Shown piece by piece: positions 38,397-47,255 of a DNA stretch of 64,000 nucleotides. Position 1 is the stretch's first letter, and each line of letters starts with the position of its first letter. Position numbers and translations under genes: made by a program. The notes under the pieces are model-generated. The model saw only the letters and a list, made by a program, of their open reading frames with translations, was not told the origin of the DNA and ran no database searches. This DNA comes from an uncultured Nitrosopumilaceae archaeon (GTDB lineage: Archaea; Thermoproteota; Nitrososphaeria; Nitrososphaerales; Nitrosopumilaceae): the NCBI GenBank assembly GCA_964586685.1, contig CAZPGR010000006.1, forward strand, positions 9,391-73,390, written 5' to 3'.

Positions 38397-40299
38397 ATGC
38401 TAACACCTGTTTTTTCTCTGCCTTGTTATCGATAATTTTTTTGATAGAATCAAAGAGTTCATTACAAGTCATTGGTCTTCCTGTGTATTTTAATATGTAA
38501 TAGTCAACTTTTCTGTCCAAGTATTCATTTAGAAGTGATCCCATTTGGCCGGATTGGTTTGCCTCGATATCAATTATTTTCTTGACTCCTGAAAGCAAAG
38601 ATTGCACATATTTGGTTGGAAACGGGTGCAACATCTTGATTTGGATAAATCCAACCTTGTAGCCTGCCTTGTTGAGCATCTCAATTGCATCCAAAATCGG
38701 GCCTTTTGTGGAACCCCAGCTAAGAATGCAAAAGTCAGATACACCATAATTTACTGCCAAATCGTCCTTAGGAATCTGGTCTAGTGCAAGTTCCATTTTG
38801 TGCGCACGCTTGTCCATCTTGTAGATACGGTTTTCCGGATCTTCTGATATGTGTCCGGATTCATCGCTCTCATCTCCAGTGTTCCAGAATATTCCATTTT
38901 CAAGTCCAAGCCTTGACCTGGGAGATATGCCATCAGGTGAAGGTGTGAATCTCTTATAGCCCGGCTCGGTAATTTTTTCAAGAAGTTTTCCACGAGATAT
39001 TGTTATCTTGGTTGGATCAAATCTTTTTACTGTTGAAACCGTGCTTGCAATGAATTTGTCCATCATGTGTATTACAGGAATTTGGTAAATGTCAGCAAAG
39101 TTGAAACATTTTGCAGTGTCATAGAATCCCTCTTCAGTGTCACCTGATGCATACACAACTCTTGGAAAGTCACCGTGCCCTGCATGTATTGCAAACTGTA
39201 AATCATCTTGTCCATGTCTAGTAGGAAGACCTGTTGATGGACCGCTTCTTTGGTATAATGTTACCACAATTGGAACCTCGTTTATTCCAGCCCAGCCAAG
39301 AGCTTCTGCCATAAGAGAAAATCCCGGACCAGATGTACTTGTGGCAGATCTGGTTCCAGTCAAGGCTGCACCAATGATCATACCGATCGCAGATATTTCA
39401 TCCTCAGTCTGTACAACTAGAGTAGATCCAGGCCTGTTGTTTTGCACGTCAAAAATTTCATTTGATTCCAAGAATACGCTTTCATCTGATGCAGGTGTGA
39501 TTGGATAGTACGACTGGAATCTGCAACCGCACGCTATTTTTCCAAGACTTGTAGACTGGAAACCTTGAGCTAGCATCACATGTTCTTCTTTTGGAATTGC
39601 GTGTAGTTGATACTTGAATTTAGAATATTTCACAGTAGAAAAATTGTAAGCATAATTTGCTGCAGTCTTATTCATCTCTGCAATCTCTGCTTTTCTTGAA
39701 AATATTGACCCCACTGATTTTAGCAATGTCTCAGGCAGTAATCCAAGTAAGCCAATAGATATAGAAACCGCAAGTACGTTTTGCATGCGAAACATGCCGC
39801 GTATTTTTGGATTCTTGGTCTCTTCTGACAAGTTTGCCAGAATTTCTTTGAACGATACTGGATAGAGGACTATTCCTTTTTCCCTGGCGTCATCAAGCAA
39901 TCCCTGTATGGTCAACGGCTTGTTTTTTGACAAGAGGTATTTTTTGAGACGCTCCTTGAATTGCATATCAAGTGTTGGGACCTCATCTACTTTTACTGCA
40001 GAAAGGTCAGACTCGTATACAATTGCACCGTCATTGAACACTTCCTCGGCATGACGAAATATTGTTTCAGCATCAAAGCCCACAAGCATTGTGATTCCAC
40101 TAACGTTAGATCTGATTATTTTGTCAGAGACTCTAACTCCAAAGTAACTATGTTCACCTTTGATATTGGAATAGTATTCCCTTTTTCCAAATACCTTCAG
40201 GCCGCAGCCAGCACATGCCCCAGCAAAAATATTTGCAGCAGTCTCAACACCCCCACCTTGAGGACCACCAATAACCCAAGTTAGATCAATAGAGGACAT
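38386..40299 (-). CDS. korA: 2-oxoacid:ferredoxin oxidoreductase alpha subunit (gamma-alpha fusion)
   Basis: [31 protein letters not shown]. Confidence 0.95.
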   Translation of the reverse strand: MSSIDLTWVIGGPQGGGVETAANIFAGACAGCGLKVFGKREYYSNIKGEHSYFGVRVSDKIIRSNVSGITMLVGFDAETIFRHAEEVFNDGAIVYESDLSAVKVDEVPTLDMQFKERLKKYLLSKNKPLTIQGLLDDAREKGIVLYPVSFKEILANLSEETKNPKIRGMFRMQNVLAVSISIGLLGLLPETLLKSVGSIFSRKAEIAEMNKTAANYAYNFSTVKYSKFKYQLHAIPKEEHVMLAQGFQSTSLGKIACGCRFQSYYPITPASDESVFLESNEIFDVQNNRPGSTLVVQTEDEISAIGMIIGAALTGTRSATSTSGPGFSLMAEALGWAGINEVPIVVTLYQRSGPSTGLPTRHGQDDLQFAIHAGHGDFPRVVYASGDTEEGFYDTAKCFNFADIYQIPVIHMMDKFIASTVSTVKRFDPTKITISRGKLLEKITEPGYKRFTPSPDGISPRSRLGLENGIFWNTGDESDESGHISEDPENRIYKMDKRAHKMELALDQIPKDDLAVNYGVSDFCILSWGSTKGPILDAIEMLNKAGYKVGFIQIKMLHPFPTKYVQSLLSGVKKIIDIEANQSGQMGSLLNEYLDRKVDYYILKYTGRPMTCNELFDSIKKIIDNKAEKKQVLAYGV

Positions 40300-40354
40300 G
40301 TGGAATCTAGACGCTCGTCAAATATTAATAGTGCTATAGATGTCAATACAAAAT

Positions 40355-40489
40355 TTATCCGCCAGTGGCAGCATCAAACAGAGCACATTCACATTTATCG
40401 CGCTCACCACAAAACGGGCAGACACAAACACATTTTTCGATAGGATTTCTACATTGTACACAAATAGCAAATTCGTCTTTGTGTTTCAA
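40355..40489 (-). CDS. 44-aa Cys-rich microprotein ending in Gly-Gly (not in the ORF track)
   Basis: Hand translation from TTG: MKHKDEFAICVQCRNPIEKCVCVCPFCGERDKCECALFDAATGG; 8 Cys; TTTATAA about 25 nt upstream. Confidence 0.8.
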   Translation of the reverse strand: MKHKDEFAICVQCRNPIEKCVCVCPFCGERDKCECALFDAATGG

Positions 40490-40621
40490 TTGTATTTACT
40501 ACCAGGATTAATTATAAATGAGTTGTTGTAAGAACCAAATCTCCTGTGGCAGGTTTCATTCCAGCCTAGAAAACTCTTCATCAGTATACGCTTAAAATTA
40601 TCAAGATATTTAATAAAATAG

Positions 40622-41584
40622 TTGAAAGTCTTACTTACACGAAAACTTCATGATTTTGCCTTAAAGGAACTCAGAAGAAAATACGATGTTGAAGTATACA
40701 CTGGCAAGGTCCCAATGCCAAAAAAAATACTGATATCAAAGATCAAGGACAAGGACGGTTTGATCTGTTACCCCTATGACTTCATAGACTCTAGCGTAAT
40801 TAACGCAGGTACAAGGCTCAAGGCAATTTCCACATACAGTGTAGGCTATGATCACATTGACATCAAGACTGCATCACAAAGGGGCATCGTAGTAGGTTAT
40901 ACGCCAGAGGTATTGACATGTGCCACAGCAGATCTTACCATGGCTTTGATGCTGGCGCTTTTCAGAAGAATTCCTGAAGGAAACAAACTGATTCGAGATA
41001 ACAAGTGGAAGACAATCTTTGGACCTTACGAGTTTCTTGGAACTGATCTGTACCAAAAGACCTTGGGCATACTAGGAATGGGAAGGATAGGCAAGGCAGT
41101 AGCAAAAAGGGCAGTAGGCTTTGAGATGAAAGTCATTTACCACAATAGAACCAGATTATCAAAAAAAGAGGAAGTGCAACTTGGAGTGCAATATGTATCA
41201 CTAGACAGTCTGTTTTCAACCAGCGACGTGGTAAGTATCCACTCTCCACACACAGCACAAACAAATGAAATTGTAAACTTGAAACTCGTTAAAAAAATGA
41301 AAAAGACTTCATTTTTGGTAAATACGTCTCGTGGAAAAATAATAAATGAAAAAGATCTTATCACTGCACTAAAAAGAAAAATGATTGCAGGTGCGGCCCT
41401 GGATGTATTTCAGAAAGAACCAATCAGTTCAGACAATCCAATTGCAAAACTAGACAATGTCATCCTAATGCCTCATAGTGGAAGCGCAACAGTAGAGACA
41501 AGAAAGATGATGGCAGAAATTGCAGTCAAAAATCTAGTGCTCTCACTTGATGGAAAAAAACCAATCTACCAAGTTATGGTATGA
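40622..41584 (+). CDS. gyaR: D-2-hydroxyacid dehydrogenase (glyoxylate reductase/D-glycerate dehydrogenase type)
   Basis: VGYDHID, GMGRIG, NTSRG, LDVF..EP, PHSGSA. Confidence 0.88.
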   Translation: MKVLLTRKLHDFALKELRRKYDVEVYTGKVPMPKKILISKIKDKDGLICYPYDFIDSSVINAGTRLKAISTYSVGYDHIDIKTASQRGIVVGYTPEVLTCATADLTMALMLALFRRIPEGNKLIRDNKWKTIFGPYEFLGTDLYQKTLGILGMGRIGKAVAKRAVGFEMKVIYHNRTRLSKKEEVQLGVQYVSLDSLFSTSDVVSIHSPHTAQTNEIVNLKLVKKMKKTSFLVNTSRGKIINEKDLITALKRKMIAGAALDVFQKEPISSDNPIAKLDNVILMPHSGSATVETRKMMAEIAVKNLVLSLDGKKPIYQVMV

Positions 41585-41600
41585 TGAAATAATTTGCAAA

Positions 41601-41861
41601 TCAGAGTTGGATAAGATCATTAGGATCTACTTTGATGCAACTAGTCCCTACTGGTTTTAGTCCAGTAAAATTAATTGTCCCTTGTGGAACTTTTCCTTCC
41701 TTTTGTAATGATTCCAGTTTTCCAATAAATGCCATTTTGTGTCCATCGCATGCAACTCCGACCATGTATTCCCCGTCATCTGATTTTACAGAAATTACAA
41801 ATTCAGGGGGCATTTGACAGTCACGGCCTTCCTTTCGTATGGAGCAGCGCTCTGGAAACAT
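41601..41861 (-). CDS. small Cys/His-containing hypothetical protein
   Basis: 86 aa; C...C...CDGH...C. Confidence 0.75.
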   Translation of the reverse strand: MFPERCSIRKEGRDCQMPPEFVISVKSDDGEYMVGVACDGHKMAFIGKLESLQKEGKVPQGTINFTGLKPVGTSCIKVDPNDLIQL

Positions 41862-41926
41862 AGAAGTATATTTTTTATTTTAGAATATTAATCTTGATTA
41901 TAGCAAATCAGTAGTTGACTGGAATC

Positions 41927-43222
41927 CTAGTTTTGCATAACATCATCAAAGTTCCAGACAGAATCAGTCTTTCTGGTATTATACTGCAAAAACCCCTTTT
42001 CCTGAAGGGATTTTACAACATATGCAGAATATGCAGGCGCTCCTGTTGCCCCAGGAGAGTTGTAATTTAGAATGTGGTAGGAATTTTTCCCTTCAAGTTC
42101 TAGCACGTCTGGCAGAAACTTTCCTTCAGGAGTGATAATTGGAGTTCGAATTCCAGCAGTGCCGCGCTCTGAAAAGAAATCAGGTTTTACTTGTGGCATG
42201 AATTTTTGTACGCGTTCTATCATGGCAACTTTTAACAAGGAACTTAGCCATTCCTTTGCGATTAAATTCATAAATTCCGGATTAAGGAGTAGTTTTCTTG
42301 TATTTCCTGTAACCACGTCTGCAAGTTTTGAGATAAAAGTTTCAACATCTCCCACATAGCCCGAGTAGGTTTCAGGACTTGCCACAGGTACTGCATTGGG
42401 GCCAACCTCACTTTTTCCATCAGATCTGATAATCCAGTGCGGATCAAGGAATGGAAAATCAGGATAGTTTGGAACAGAGTAAACATTTGTCCTGACCAGA
42501 TTTGCATATTGTTCATGGGCAATCCAGTATTCTCCCCTAAAGTGAAGACTAGAATATTGCATTGCAAGACCAAATTTTTTTGCAACATCAAGCGAATAAC
42601 CACCAGAACAGTTTATGACAAACTTTGAATCTAGTTTTTCTTTATTTGCAAACCCAAGCACTGGAGAATCATCAATGTTTTCAACTGATTCTAGTTTTTT
42701 ATTTAGCAAGAATTTGGTTCCATTTTTTTGTGATTCTTCTTTTAGTTTTCTGGTATATTTCCCATAATCTACCACGGTATCTGTTTTGCAGTGAATTGCA
42801 GAGTGACATTGAATGTTTGGTTCTTTTTTTGCAACCTCGCTGCCATCCAAGAGCACAAGATCGTTTTCAGACATGCCATTTTTTGGTCCCCAGGCCATGT
42901 ATTTCTCAAGGATTTTGTGTTGAGATTCATCAAGTGCAACCTCAATTGTGCCTGTCATATTCCAAGGCAGTCCATTTTTTGTAGCAAATGTTTTCCACAT
43001 CTCATGAGAGAGAAATGCGGCTTTTGCAAGTTTGCCTTTTTTCTCCGGATTTAGATAGAAAGGAGAGTGAACCACGCCCGTATTTCTGCTGCTTGTGTGC
43101 ATCCCAACATCAGGCTCTTTTTCAACTACTGCAATCTTGATGTCATACAAGCTTGAAAGCCAGTATGAAATCGAGGTTCCAAGCAATCCTCCTCCAATTA
43201 TGGTAACATCAAATTCTTCCAA
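41927..43222 (-). CDS. FAD-dependent oxidoreductase, L-2-hydroxyglutarate oxidase (LhgO) family
   Basis: IIGGG..G, HTSSRNTGVVH, FRGEY, GPNA, SPGAT. Confidence 0.85.
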   Translation of the reverse strand: MEEFDVTIIGGGLLGTSISYWLSSLYDIKIAVVEKEPDVGMHTSSRNTGVVHSPFYLNPEKKGKLAKAAFLSHEMWKTFATKNGLPWNMTGTIEVALDESQHKILEKYMAWGPKNGMSENDLVLLDGSEVAKKEPNIQCHSAIHCKTDTVVDYGKYTRKLKEESQKNGTKFLLNKKLESVENIDDSPVLGFANKEKLDSKFVINCSGGYSLDVAKKFGLAMQYSSLHFRGEYWIAHEQYANLVRTNVYSVPNYPDFPFLDPHWIIRSDGKSEVGPNAVPVASPETYSGYVGDVETFISKLADVVTGNTRKLLLNPEFMNLIAKEWLSSLLKVAMIERVQKFMPQVKPDFFSERGTAGIRTPIITPEGKFLPDVLELEGKNSYHILNYNSPGATGAPAYSAYVVKSLQEKGFLQYNTRKTDSVWNFDDVMQN

Positions 43223-43256
43223 TATGATTATGTCAGGAGATGTTTCATTTAATGGA

Positions 43257-43622
43257 TTAGTTCAAAGATTTAGTGTGTAAAACTTTGTACAATACCATAG
43301 CATTGTTATGAAGTTCATCTTTTGCAGAAAAAACCAATGTGACAGTCTTGTGCTCTTTTTCAAGATTTTTAATTACATCCAATAATGACTTGTTTTCCGT
43401 TAATTCTCCTTGATATTTTTTCTTAAACGATTCCCATTTTTTTGGATCGTGTGAAAACCATTTTCGTAGATTGTCAGTTGGCGCTATTTCTTTTAGCCAC
43501 AAATCTATCTTTGCATTGGATTTTGACACCCCACGTGGCCACAGCCTATCAATCAGAATCCTAAATCCATCATCCTTGGAATGTTTTTCATAAATTCGTT
43601 TTGTCTTTATCATCAGAGCCAC
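43257..43622 (-). CDS. DUF488/YeaO family protein
   Basis: KRIY...[14 protein letters not shown]...WLKEIAP..LRKWF.H; HNNA. Confidence 0.92.
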   Translation of the reverse strand: MALMIKTKRIYEKHSKDDGFRILIDRLWPRGVSKSNAKIDLWLKEIAPTDNLRKWFSHDPKKWESFKKKYQGELTENKSLLDVIKNLEKEHKTVTLVFSAKDELHNNAMVLYKVLHTKSLN

Positions 43623-43833
43623 ATTTGCCAGAATATCATAGTATCATTACTGCCAAGTTATTTTTAAAAATACTGAAAGCCCATCAGTTGCAACTTTAAC
43701 CAGTAATAAATATAGAAAGAGTTCTGCTTAGTAGAGATTGAACATTGCAAAGTATGCATACACGTCAATGGTGTGATTTTCACTTTTGATATTTACCATG
43801 TGAGTATTATATCAAGAAGATTCCACATGTTTT

Positions 43834-44364
43834 ATGAATAAATCCCAAACTACAATTTTGTTAGTTTTTGTTATTTTGGTTTCATCAATTGGTTTTACCT
43901 TTGCAAGTGCTCAAATACCTGATCCAAAAACAGTACCTGGAATAGTGTCAAGCCCTGTGTCAGTGTTTGGAAAGACATATTCTCTTCAGGTAGACAATAA
44001 AACATACAACATTTACTATGGATTCAAGTTCACATATCCCAATGTTGAAAACATCTCACTTGTTTCTGACCATAACTCAATGCAAATTAACCTAAATGGA
44101 ATTACAGAGACTGATTCAATGTGGATTCAATTTCCACAGGATCTGGTTTCTGCAGAAAATAATAATTTCATACTTTACGTAGATGGGCACGAGGAAAAAT
44201 ACGAACTTGCTACATCTGATCATTCAATTATCATGGGATTTACTGTTCCTACAAACACTGCACACATTGAGATCCAAGGAACCCACATCATACCAGAATT
44301 TCCAACATCTGCAACAATTGCCATGATGATTGGTTTCATCATAGTAATCACTAGGATCCGATAG
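43834..44364 (+). CDS. surface protein with a PEF-CTERM-type sorting signal
   Basis: Signal peptide; C-terminal IPEFP, TM helix and RIR. Confidence 0.85.
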   Translation: MNKSQTTILLVFVILVSSIGFTFASAQIPDPKTVPGIVSSPVSVFGKTYSLQVDNKTYNIYYGFKFTYPNVENISLVSDHNSMQINLNGITETDSMWIQFPQDLVSAENNNFILYVDGHEEKYELATSDHSIIMGFTVPTNTAHIEIQGTHIIPEFPTSATIAMMIGFIIVITRIR

Positions 44365-44434
44365 AGATTTTATCCAGTTCAATTTTTTCAAGTTCTAAAA
44401 ATCAGGTTCAGGATTTAGATAATGAAAATTAAGG

Positions 44435-44532
44435 CGCCGGGAGAGAGATTTGAACTCTCGAACCCTTGCGAGTACGCGCTCTATGGTAGTTAATTTCCAG
44501 GCGCGCGCCCTACCAGGCTAGGCGACCCCGGC
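44435..44532 (-). tRNA. tRNA-Ser(GGA) with a 14-nt intron at 37/38 (44481-44494)
   Basis: Acceptor GCCGGGG/TCCCGGC, anticodon stem CGCGC/GCGCG, long variable arm, T arm GAGAG-TTCAAAT-CTCTC. Confidence 0.95.
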
Positions 44533-44591
44533 ATCGGTTTCGCCAATTCAATTTCGTTGTAAAACCGACTATATATTACTGTAAGAGATTA

Positions 44592-45278
44592 TTATTCCAC
44601 AAATTTTTTTCTGTAAACAGTACCAATTAGTATAGAACCTACAAAAGTTGCAGTCCAATATAGCCATAGATTATCAAAAACGCCTGAAAAAACAGCAGGT
44701 GCAAGGGAACGAATAGGATTCATGGATGCACCAGAAATAAATGCCAAAAAGAAAATATCAAGCCCTATTATTCCGCCAATTGCAATCCCGCTAAAACCCC
44801 TCAGTCCGTTTGTGTGAACGACCAACATAATGACTGCCATCAAGAGTGCTGTTGCCAATACCTCTACTCCAAAAATTGTCCATAGTGGAAATGAATAGTT
44901 TGGAGCATTTACTCCAAGATGGGCATCTGTACCGATGACATTTTTGACAAAAATTATTCCTAAAAATGCACCAATAGCCTCTGCTCCAAAATAGATTGGC
45001 AGTTGTTTTTTTGTGATATGTTTTGTTATAAGATATGATACTGTAACTGCGGGATTAAAATGAGCACGCGAGATTTTTCCAAATGCATACACCATCAAAC
45101 AAACTCCTACAAAAGGAGCAAAGGCTTCAAACCAAGATCCTATGGTTCCACCTGATTTTGCATTTAATACCACTGATCCTGTAGCACAGACCACTACAAC
45201 AAACGTTCCAATTAATTCAGCAAAAAATATCTTTTGATTAGAAGATAATTTGCTAGTTAGATTCAAGAGTTGTGACAA
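44592..45278 (-). CDS. MIP/aquaporin channel, probable arsenite channel
   Basis: HFNPAVT and SMNPIRS loops, about 6 TM helices; overlaps arsC. Confidence 0.92.
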   Translation of the reverse strand: MSQLLNLTSKLSSNQKIFFAELIGTFVVVVCATGSVVLNAKSGGTIGSWFEAFAPFVGVCLMVYAFGKISRAHFNPAVTVSYLITKHITKKQLPIYFGAEAIGAFLGIIFVKNVIGTDAHLGVNAPNYSFPLWTIFGVEVLATALLMAVIMLVVHTNGLRGFSGIAIGGIIGLDIFFLAFISGASMNPIRSLAPAVFSGVFDNLWLYWTATFVGSILIGTVYRKKFVE

Positions 45279-45681
45279 GTTCCTTTACCTTTTTTTCTAT
45301 CTCGTTTCTTATCTCACGCACCTTTTCGATTGGTTTTCCCTTTGGATCCTCAATGCCCCAGTCTTGATGATTTCCAAGAAATACTGCAGGACATTCTGCC
45401 TGGTCTATGCAACCCATACTTACCTTTAGGAATGAGGATCGAATCAGTTCTTCTGATAATTCCTTAGGTTTCTGTCGGCTAATATCTATCCCAATTTCTT
45501 TCATTGCTTCTATTGCAACAGGATTAATCTCTGGTGTTGGTCGTGACCCTGCACTGACTGGAATCCAGCCATTAGGAGCATATTTTCTAAAGAATCCTTC
45601 GGCTATCTGGCTTCTTCCAGAATTTTCTATACATACAAAGAGGATCTTTTTTTCATCATTGTGCTTTCCAAAAAACTTCAT
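45253..45681 (-). CDS. arsC: arsenate reductase (thioredoxin/LMW-PTP type)
   Basis: CIENSGRS P-loop, MGC.....CP, WGIEDP. Confidence 0.92.
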   Translation of the reverse strand: MKFFGKHNDEKKILFVCIENSGRSQIAEGFFRKYAPNGWIPVSAGSRPTPEINPVAIEAMKEIGIDISRQKPKELSEELIRSSFLKVSMGCIDQAECPAVFLGNHQDWGIEDPKGKPIEKVREIRNEIEKKVKELVTTLESN

Positions 45682-45688
45682 GGTGTGA

Positions 45689-46447
45689 TCACTTTATTGC
45701 TATGATGATAAGACTTGAAATTTTTCTACCATTTACTTTCTCTCCTTCCATGTATGTTCTCTCTTCTAGAACATCTACATTCCCAAAGCCAGCTTTTTTG
45801 ATACTTTGAATATAATTCTCCCTTGTCAGTGCACCATCTATGCAACTACACCATTGCTCCGCATTGACCTGACCTTTCTCTATCTCTCTGTCGGTCACAA
45901 GATCAGAGATTACCATCCTGCCGCCTTGCTTCAATATTCTATGAACTTGTCTAAATGCATTTGTCTTGTCGGTAGTAAGATTGATGACACAATTGCTGAT
46001 AACTGCATCAACAGTGTTGTCATCAACTGGAATGTTGTTTTCGATATCTCCCTTTCGAAATTCTACATTAGTGTAATTGCCTTCTTTTGCATTGTTTCTT
46101 GCCTTGTCTAGCATCTCATCAGTCATGTCAATACCAATTACTTTGCCCGATTTTGAGACCTTGTTTGCAGACAGGAGTGCATCGATTCCAGCACCCGAAC
46201 CAAGATCTACAACCGTTTCCCCGTCTTTTAGGTTAGCAAATTTTATCGGTGCACCACATCCCACACCCAAGATCGCATCTTCTGGAATTGATTTTAATTC
46301 TTCTAGGTCGTATCCGATTATTTTGCTAGCATCAATCAGGGAATCATCAGTACTACATTCTCCTGGCATGCAGCAACAGTCAGAATTACCTGTCAGTGCA
46401 ATCTTTGCATATCTTTGCTTTACTTTTTCTTTAATAATATCATCCAT
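45689..46447 (-). CDS. arsM: arsenite S-adenosylmethionine methyltransferase
   Basis: N-terminal CCC, GCGAP, DLGSGAGID, SNCVINL, WCSCIDGA. Confidence 0.93.
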   Translation of the reverse strand: MDDIIKEKVKQRYAKIALTGNSDCCCMPGECSTDDSLIDASKIIGYDLEELKSIPEDAILGVGCGAPIKFANLKDGETVVDLGSGAGIDALLSANKVSKSGKVIGIDMTDEMLDKARNNAKEGNYTNVEFRKGDIENNIPVDDNTVDAVISNCVINLTTDKTNAFRQVHRILKQGGRMVISDLVTDREIEKGQVNAEQWCSCIDGALTRENYIQSIKKAGFGNVDVLEERTYMEGEKVNGRKISSLIIIAIK

Positions 46448-46453
46448 GTTACA

Positions 46454-46470
46454 GGTTTACAAAGTAAACC
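46454..46470. promoter_or_regulatory. putative operator GGTTTAC-AAA-GTAAACC
   Basis: Perfect 7-3-7 palindrome between the arsM TATA-like box (46471-46477) and its ATG. Confidence 0.7.
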
Positions 46471-46511
46471 ATTTAAGTTGTCAAGGATAAACAATTGCAG
46501 TTGGTGTAAAA

Positions 46512-46892
46512 ATGGAAACTAAAAGAAAATCCCTTCCAATGATTAAAGACAGTTGTAGTTTTGAGGGGTACGATGCGTCTTCTTTAATGTCGGAGACTGC
46601 TAGACTTAGAAAAATAATTACCAAGAGAGGCACACTTGAGATCCTAATTCCATTATGTTGTACTACGAAACCCGTGAGATACAAACAATTCAGACAAGCT
46701 TTAAGAGGAATAAGTAGTAGAACTTTAGCAATTAGATTAAAGGAACTGGAAAAAAGTGGAGTCTTAGATAGGTTGTCTTATAATGAAATTCCTCCACGAG
46801 TGGAATACAAGCTAACCAACAAAGGACAGGAACTTGTAGAATCCATGATAGATCTTTTACAGTGGATGAAGAAATGGTCTAAAACTAAATAA
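46512..46892 (+). CDS. HxlR/DUF24-family winged-helix regulator
   Basis: GISSRTL..RLKELE..G...R..Y.EIPPRVEY.LT.KG signature. Confidence 0.93.
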   Translation: METKRKSLPMIKDSCSFEGYDASSLMSETARLRKIITKRGTLEILIPLCCTTKPVRYKQFRQALRGISSRTLAIRLKELEKSGVLDRLSYNEIPPRVEYKLTNKGQELVESMIDLLQWMKKWSKTK

Positions 46893-46932
46893 ATTATCAT
46901 CATCGTTGTTTGTAATAAAATAAAACCCAAGA

Positions 46933-47250
46933 TCAGACGAATTTTTCCATCCTAGCAACTTGAACATCACTAGAGTATAGAATAATAGCATAATCTGGCA
47001 ACAATGTCCTCAATATTTCCTCTATGATCTTTTCAGCACTTTGCTCAGTCAATACAACTTCAATTTTTACATTTTTTTCTTCTGGAAGTCCATGTCCTCG
47101 CAAGCCCTCATCGCCCATTCCTTCAACTTCATAGGAAGTATACCCTGTTATCTTGTGTTTTTTTAATACCTCCTTTACCTTGCTCTGTGCAAGTATCTCG
47201 CAGGTTATTGTCAATAGTTTGATGTTGTATAGCTTCATTTTGGTTATCAC
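46933..47250 (-). CDS. sbtB: PII-like regulator SbtB
   Basis: GYT...V.G.G..G, NVKIEV, V.R..KF; directly downstream of sbtA. Confidence 0.88.
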   Translation of the reverse strand: MITKMKLYNIKLLTITCEILAQSKVKEVLKKHKITGYTSYEVEGMGDEGLRGHGLPEEKNVKIEVVLTEQSAEKIIEEILRTLLPDYAIILYSSDVQVARMEKFV

Positions 47251-47255
47251 TATAC

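Noticed and set aside
40340..40531. 63-aa plus-strand ORF in the track
   Set aside because: It is the antisense shadow of the Cys-rich microprotein
40535..40590. CTGATGA...GAAAC on the minus strand, resembling a hammerhead ribozyme or C/D sRNA
   Set aside because: There is no NUH cleavage triplet after stem III, stem II does not close properly, and there is no clear D box
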